Below are positions 59,599 through 64,000 of a stretch of DNA of 64,000 nt, piece after piece. Within the stretch, counting starts at the first letter, position 1, and each line of letters starts with the position of its first letter. Source of the stretch: Armatimonadota bacterium (lineage in GTDB: Bacteria; Armatimonadota; SYMT01); contig JAWLHY010000006.1 of assembly GCA_041690135.1 (NCBI GenBank), positions 32,001-96,000 of the forward strand. The letters run 5' to 3'. The notes below the pieces were generated by a model. The model was given only the letters and a program-made list of their open reading frames with translations. It did no database searches and had not been told where the DNA came from. The position numbers and the translations under genes were made by a program.

Positions 59599-60819
59599 AT
59601 GCCCTCGTTCGTCACCCACCTGGAATGCACCCGCTGCGGCAAGCCCTACGATCATCGTCAACTCCAGACCCTGTGTCACGACTGCGCGCGCCCACTCTAC
59701 GCCCGCTATGACCTGGACGCCGTGCGGAGCGCGGTGCGGAAGGAGGACCTGCGCGGTCGTGAGGCCAGCCTCTGGCGCTATGCGGAACTGCTGCCCGTCG
59801 GCGACGAAGTGGAGCGCGCCACGCTGGGAGAGGGCTGGACCCCGCTCCTACCGTGCCCGCGTCTCGGGGCTCACCTGGGACTGACCGATCTGCTGATCAA
59901 AGACGAAGGACAGATCCCCACGGGAAGCTTTAAGGCGCGCGGAATGGCCCTGGCCGTGACAAAGGCGAAGGAGCTAGGCGCCACATCTCTCGCCGTCCCC
60001 AGCGCCGGAAATGCCGGTGGGGCGATGGCGCAGTATGGCGCGCGCGCGGGCCTGCCGTGCCATGTGTTCATGCCGGCCGACGTGCCGGAACTGAACCGCA
60101 TCGAATGCGTGGCAGCCGGGGCGAAGACGTACCTGGTGAAAGGGCTCATCACCGATTGCGGCAAGATCGTCCGCGAAGGCACCCCCATTCGGGGCTGGTT
60201 CGACGTTTCCACCCTGAAGGAGCCGTACCGGGTGGAAGGGAAGAAGACGATGGGCCTGGAGATTGCCGAGCAACTGGACTGGCAGTTGCCGGACGTCATC
60301 CTCTACCCCACGGGGGGCGGTACCGGCCTGGTGGGGATGTGGAAGGCGTTCGCGGAGCTGGAGGCGCTCGGCTGGATCGACGGGAAGCGCCCGCGCATGG
60401 TGGCGGTACAGAGCGAAGGCTGCGCACCGATCGCCCGGGCGTTTGCTGCCGGCGCCGAATTCGCCGAGCCGTGGGAGAACGCGCAAACGATGGCCAGCGG
60501 GATTCGGGTCCCCGCAGCGGTGGGGGACTTCCTAATGCTGCGCGCCCTGCGGGAGAGCGGAGGGACGGCGGTGACCGTATCCGACGCGGAGATCGCCACG
60601 GCGACCCGGCTCGCCACCCAACTCGAAGGTCTGTTCGTCTGCCCCGAGGGAGCAGCAGTCGTGGCCGGGCTCCAGAAGCTGCGGGAGGCCGGATGGGTCC
60701 AGGCCGATGAGAAAGTGGTGGTGTTCAACACCGGTAGCGGCCTCAAATACCCCGAATGCTTCCCCGTGAGCCTTCCCGTGCTCGACCCCGCGGAGCCCAT
60801 CGACTATCTCAGTCTTTAA
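59599..60819 (+). CDS. thrC: threonine synthase
   Basis: TLGEGWTPL, PTGSFKARG (PLP lysine), SAGNAG, YRVEGKKT, PTGGG.G, FNTGSGLKY. Confidence 0.88.
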   Translation: MPSFVTHLECTRCGKPYDHRQLQTLCHDCARPLYARYDLDAVRSAVRKEDLRGREASLWRYAELLPVGDEVERATLGEGWTPLLPCPRLGAHLGLTDLLIKDEGQIPTGSFKARGMALAVTKAKELGATSLAVPSAGNAGGAMAQYGARAGLPCHVFMPADVPELNRIECVAAGAKTYLVKGLITDCGKIVREGTPIRGWFDVSTLKEPYRVEGKKTMGLEIAEQLDWQLPDVILYPTGGGTGLVGMWKAFAELEALGWIDGKRPRMVAVQSEGCAPIARAFAAGAEFAEPWENAQTMASGIRVPAAVGDFLMLRALRESGGTAVTVSDAEIATATRLATQLEGLFVCPEGAAVVAGLQKLREAGWVQADEKVVVFNTGSGLKYPECFPVSLPVLDPAEPIDYLSL

Positions 60820-60832
60820 CTGCGGTACGAGA

Positions 60833-61153
60833 CTAGCGGTTGAGGCGGTGGCGTTCCCGGAACCGGGCCAGGGCCGTCTCCCAGCGCTTGATCAATTCCA
60901 GCTTGTACGGCATATCGGCCCGGACGGTGGTGTCCGCCAGTGCCAGCCCGTCTTGCAGGCAATCCGCTCCCGATGTCGCGAGGCCCTCGGTAGCCATTCG
61001 CTCGGCATTCATCAGCGTGAGGGTTAGCAGGCGTACTTCCGCCCCCGGTATTTGCGAGCTATTCGCCGGAACATCGACAGTTCCGTAGACGTGTGAATTA
61101 CGTGAGCCCTGGTTACTGCTTTGCACGGAGTCTCGTAGAAGGGTGTCGCTCAT
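60833..61153 (-). CDS. small three-helix protein, unrecognised paralogue family (copy B)
   Basis: IPGAEVRLLTLTL..A...A.EG....G...L..GL..A...ELIKRWETAL.RF..RH aligns ungapped to copy A. Confidence 0.72.
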   Translation of the reverse strand: MSDTLLRDSVQSSNQGSRNSHVYGTVDVPANSSQIPGAEVRLLTLTLMNAERMATEGLATSGADCLQDGLALADTTVRADMPYKLELIKRWETALARFRERHRLNR

Positions 61154-61396
61154 GCTCTTACCCGGTCGCTCGGCCGAGGCGGGTGCGAACACGGACGACC
61201 CACCCTGCCGATCCGAACGCTTAGATCCCCTGACCCCTCCGTCTTGTTGGTACTCTCAAAAGAATTTTTTCTGCGCGAACGCTTTCCGCCCTAGCAGTAC
61301 CCGAACCGTCCGAACACACGGGAAGGGAATCGGCCGCGCGCGGGCGTAAACTGACAGCAGTTCCGGCTCCACCTAGCCCAGACAGGACTCGAGACC

Positions 61397-62428
61397 ATGC
61401 AGCTTTCGCGTCGATCTTGCTTGTTCGTTCTTCCGTTCGCCACCATCACTGCAACCGTTGCGGTCGCGGCCGCGCTTCCCGCCACCGCCCGCTCTACGGA
61501 GATGGCCGCCACTCCGGTGAAACCCGAACTCGTCTCCGTCAAGAAGATTTGGGATCGGGCGCCGCACAACGCCTTCACCGACCTGGTGCGGTTCAAGAAT
61601 GAGTGGTTCTGTGTGTTCCGGGAGGGCCAGGGCCATGTCTCCTCGGATGGCCTGCTGCGCGTGATCTCGTCCCGCGACGGAGAGCGCTGGACTTCCGCGG
61701 CCGTGGTCCTCTACTCGGGAGCGGACCTGCGGGACGCCAAGATCACCATCACCCCGGATAACCGCCTGATGCTGAGCGGGGCCGGCGCCCTCCACCCGCC
61801 GACGGACTACACGCACCAGTCCTTCGTCTGGTTTTCTGACGATGGCCGCAAGTGGACCCCGGCAACTCCCGTGGCCGATCGGAACGTGTGGTTGTGGCGC
61901 ACCACCTGGCACGAAGGCACCGCCTACGGGGTGGGCTACGGCGTGGGCAAGGAGCGGTTCGCGCGGCTCTACTCCAGCAAAGACGGATCCCGGTTTGCTA
62001 CCCTGGTGCCCACCCTCTTCTCCGAGGGGTACCCGAACGAACATTCCCTCGTGTTCCTGGAAGACGACACTGCGCTGTGCCTGCTCCGGCGCGACGGAAC
62101 GCCGAACACCGGCCAGCTCGGCACCAGCAAGCCGCCCTACACCCAGTGGAACTGGAAGGACCTGGGCACCCGCATCGGCGGCCCGCACATGCTGCGCCTG
62201 CCGGACGGGCGCTACGTGGCCGCGGTCCGGCTCTACGATAAGAAGGTCCGCACGTCCCTCTGCTGGCTCGACCCCCAGGCCGGCAAGCTCACGGAATTCC
62301 AGGCGCTCCCCTCCGGCGGCGACACCAGCTACGCCGGCATGGTGTGGCACGACAACCTGCTGTGGGTGAGCTACTATTCCTCCCACGAGGGGAAAACGAA
62401 CATCTACCTCGCCAAAGTCAAACTCTAG
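61397..62428 (+). CDS. BNR/Asp-box repeat (sialidase-like) exported protein
   Basis: HNAFTDL, SRDGERW, SDDGRKW, SKDGSRF, SGGDTSY, VSYYSSHEG. Confidence 0.88.
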   Translation: MQLSRRSCLFVLPFATITATVAVAAALPATARSTEMAATPVKPELVSVKKIWDRAPHNAFTDLVRFKNEWFCVFREGQGHVSSDGLLRVISSRDGERWTSAAVVLYSGADLRDAKITITPDNRLMLSGAGALHPPTDYTHQSFVWFSDDGRKWTPATPVADRNVWLWRTTWHEGTAYGVGYGVGKERFARLYSSKDGSRFATLVPTLFSEGYPNEHSLVFLEDDTALCLLRRDGTPNTGQLGTSKPPYTQWNWKDLGTRIGGPHMLRLPDGRYVAAVRLYDKKVRTSLCWLDPQAGKLTEFQALPSGGDTSYAGMVWHDNLLWVSYYSSHEGKTNIYLAKVKL

Positions 62429-62446
62429 CCCGAAGGGAGAGGCACC

Positions 62447-62630
62447 CTGACTGACCCCGAACGTCGGAGGAACATTTGGCGGCGCTGGCTAGTGCCCGCT
62501 GCTCTCATTGGGTTAGTCGCTGGAACCGGGGCGGTGGGAATGGTTCTGACCTACACGCCACCGCCCCTGGCCGTACGTCGCACTCCAGACGGCTCGGCAC
62601 TCTCTATCGAGCAAATCAGTTGGGGTCGCG
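62447..62630 (+). pseudogene. possible N-terminal remnant of an exported protein gene
   Basis: RBS-like AGGGAGAGG then CTG; signal-like WRRWLVPAALIGLVAG and TPDGSALSIEQISWG; the frame then runs antisense into the next gene. Confidence 0.3.
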
Positions 62631-62707
62631 GAAGTGCAGGGAGGTCTCGTAACAGTACACGAAGATCCAGGATTCCCCTATTCCCCGTCGCAGGTGTAGC
62701 GGCAGCG

Positions 62708-64000
62708 TCAGGACCCCCGCGGTGTCTGTTCGATCACCACGACCTCGCCGGTGCGGGGCTTGATCTTGTTGTACGGTACGCCGTGGGGCCAGAGCACCCG
62801 GAGGGTGGTGATGTTCTCTGCCCGCCCGAGGCCGATATGCGTTTGCGGACGGGTCACCAGCACCGCCTGGTCATCCCAGGGAGTCCGCGCCTTGAGTTCC
62901 GCGCCGATCGCGAAGCTGTTGTTTCGCTGATGCCTTGGGTTCTGCAGGCCCTGAAGCTCCACCTTCACCCAGGGGCGCCGGTTAGCGCCTACGTTGCTGA
63001 GCACGCGGAGTTGACCGTCGTCCGTCACCGCAACCAGGTCCAGATCGCCGTCCATGTCGAAATCGGTCGGGGCCACGAAGCGGGAGGGATCCGCCAGGGC
63101 CGACTCTTCCGCGCTAAAAGTTCCCAAGTCGTTGCGGTACAGTCGGAGCCCGGCGCTCCCCGCTAGCACCAGGTCGAGCCAGCTATCGTTGTTGTAGTCC
63201 GCGAACTCCGCCCAATCGTGCCGGCTGCTCTCCGTCAGTTCGGGGAGAGCATCAGGGACCACTTCGAAACCGGTACCGGTATTGTGGTAAAGGACGGTGC
63301 CATGCGGCGGCAGTCCGGTCACCACCAGGTCCCAGCGGCCGTCGCGGTCGAAGTCCGCGACGGAAGCCGCTCGCGCGCCGGGTTCTTGCCGGACCCCCCA
63401 TTCTTCCGTGGCGTTCCGGAAGCGATCTTGCCGCCGGTTCAGAAAGAGCTGGCTGCCCCCTTCGGAACGCACCACGAACAGGTCCGGATCCCCGTCATCA
63501 TCGAAGTCGCCAAACACGGACTGGCGCGCGCCCTGCGAGGGCATTTTCAGTCCCGCGGATGCGGTCAGATCGGTGAACGTGAAGTTGCCGTTGTTCCGTA
63601 AGTAGCGGACTGCCGGCTGGTCGGGGGCCGTACTCGCCCTGACGATATCCAGGTCGCCATCCTGATCCAGATCCACGGGCAGGGCGCTTCCTGGGCCCTC
63701 ACCCGCCGTCTTGGGGCCCTGGCGCCACGCGCCCTTCGCGTTGCCCTGGTAGGTGATGCCATTCTGCCCGGTCGTTCCCCGGACGGGGTTGATCCAGACC
63801 CGGTCGCCGTCTTCCGCGGCAACGTACAGATCGAGCGTAAAGTCGTTGTTGAGATCGGCCAACTGGGGGGAATTGGCCGTTGCGGGTACGCGGGCGGAGC
63901 TCTTGAAGGCGTCCGGAGTGTTCCACAGGATGCCCTGGGGCGGCGCCCCAACCACCAGTTCAGGACGGTCCTGCGCGCGCGAGCGCTCCCCGCCCGCCGC
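62708..64000 (-). CDS. FG-GAP repeat / CRTAC1-like protein with ASPIC-UnbV-like C-terminus, 5' end outside window
   Basis: Multiple DxDxDGDxD repeats, NSFAIGA, HIGLG, VLWPHG. Confidence 0.88.
   Translation of the reverse strand, partial: AAGGERSRAQDRPELVVGAPPQGILWNTPDAFKSSARVPATANSPQLADLNNDFTLDLYVAAEDGDRVWINPVRGTTGQNGITYQGNAKGAWRQGPKTAGEGPGSALPVDLDQDGDLDIVRASTAPDQPAVRYLRNNGNFTFTDLTASAGLKMPSQGARQSVFGDFDDDGDPDLFVVRSEGGSQLFLNRRQDRFRNATEEWGVRQEPGARAASVADFDRDGRWDLVVTGLPPHGTVLYHNTGTGFEVVPDALPELTESSRHDWAEFADYNNDSWLDLVLAGSAGLRLYRNDLGTFSAEESALADPSRFVAPTDFDMDGDLDLVAVTDDGQLRVLSNVGANRRPWVKVELQGLQNPRHQRNNSFAIGAELKARTPWDDQAVLVTRPQTHIGLGRAENITTLRVLWPHGVPYNKIKPRTGEVVVIEQTPRGS

Noticed and set aside
54724-59679. 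1651-aa ORF on the minus strand
   Set aside because: Antisense shadow of the S55 peptidase gene caused by GC3 bias; no motifs. The same applies to the other long antisense ORFs (e.g. 7362-8531, 18827-20386, 24336-25523, 39354-40568, 50047-51414).

Overview
GC-rich bacterial DNA, most likely Armatimonadota. This is inferred from two DUF1559-type prepilin proteins ([30 protein letters not shown] ... H-x9-DGHVK) and planctomycete-like DUF1501 and FG-GAP genes. Bases 1-16.7 kb form an accessory, island-like region. It contains a displaced tRNA-Leu(CAA) 3' half with its terminator (4124-4274) and an intact tRNA-Arg(TCG) (16644-16717) next to a tyrosine integrase. It also carries a ~97%-identical catalytic-domain-only copy of that integrase, candidate defence genes, an Mrr-like remnant, a LITAF-like zinc protein and two large PAS/GAF hybrid histidine kinases. 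The rest (16.8-64 kb) looks chromosomal: PadR/HAAS pair, DUF1501, prepilins, glycoside hydrolases, Ktr/Trk K+ uptake, c-type cytochromes, hydrolases, a giant SpoIVB/S55 peptidase fusion and thrC. Three observations stand out. (1) An unrecognised family of five ~70-105 aa three-helix paralogues, four of them clustered around the island kinases. (2) Three direct copies of a 13-14 bp piece of the tRNA-Arg D/anticodon arm in the integrase leader and first codons. (3) An ethylene-receptor-like dual histidine kinase apparently co-transcribed with a lipoprotein cytochrome c. All calls were made by eye from motifs; no database searches were run.
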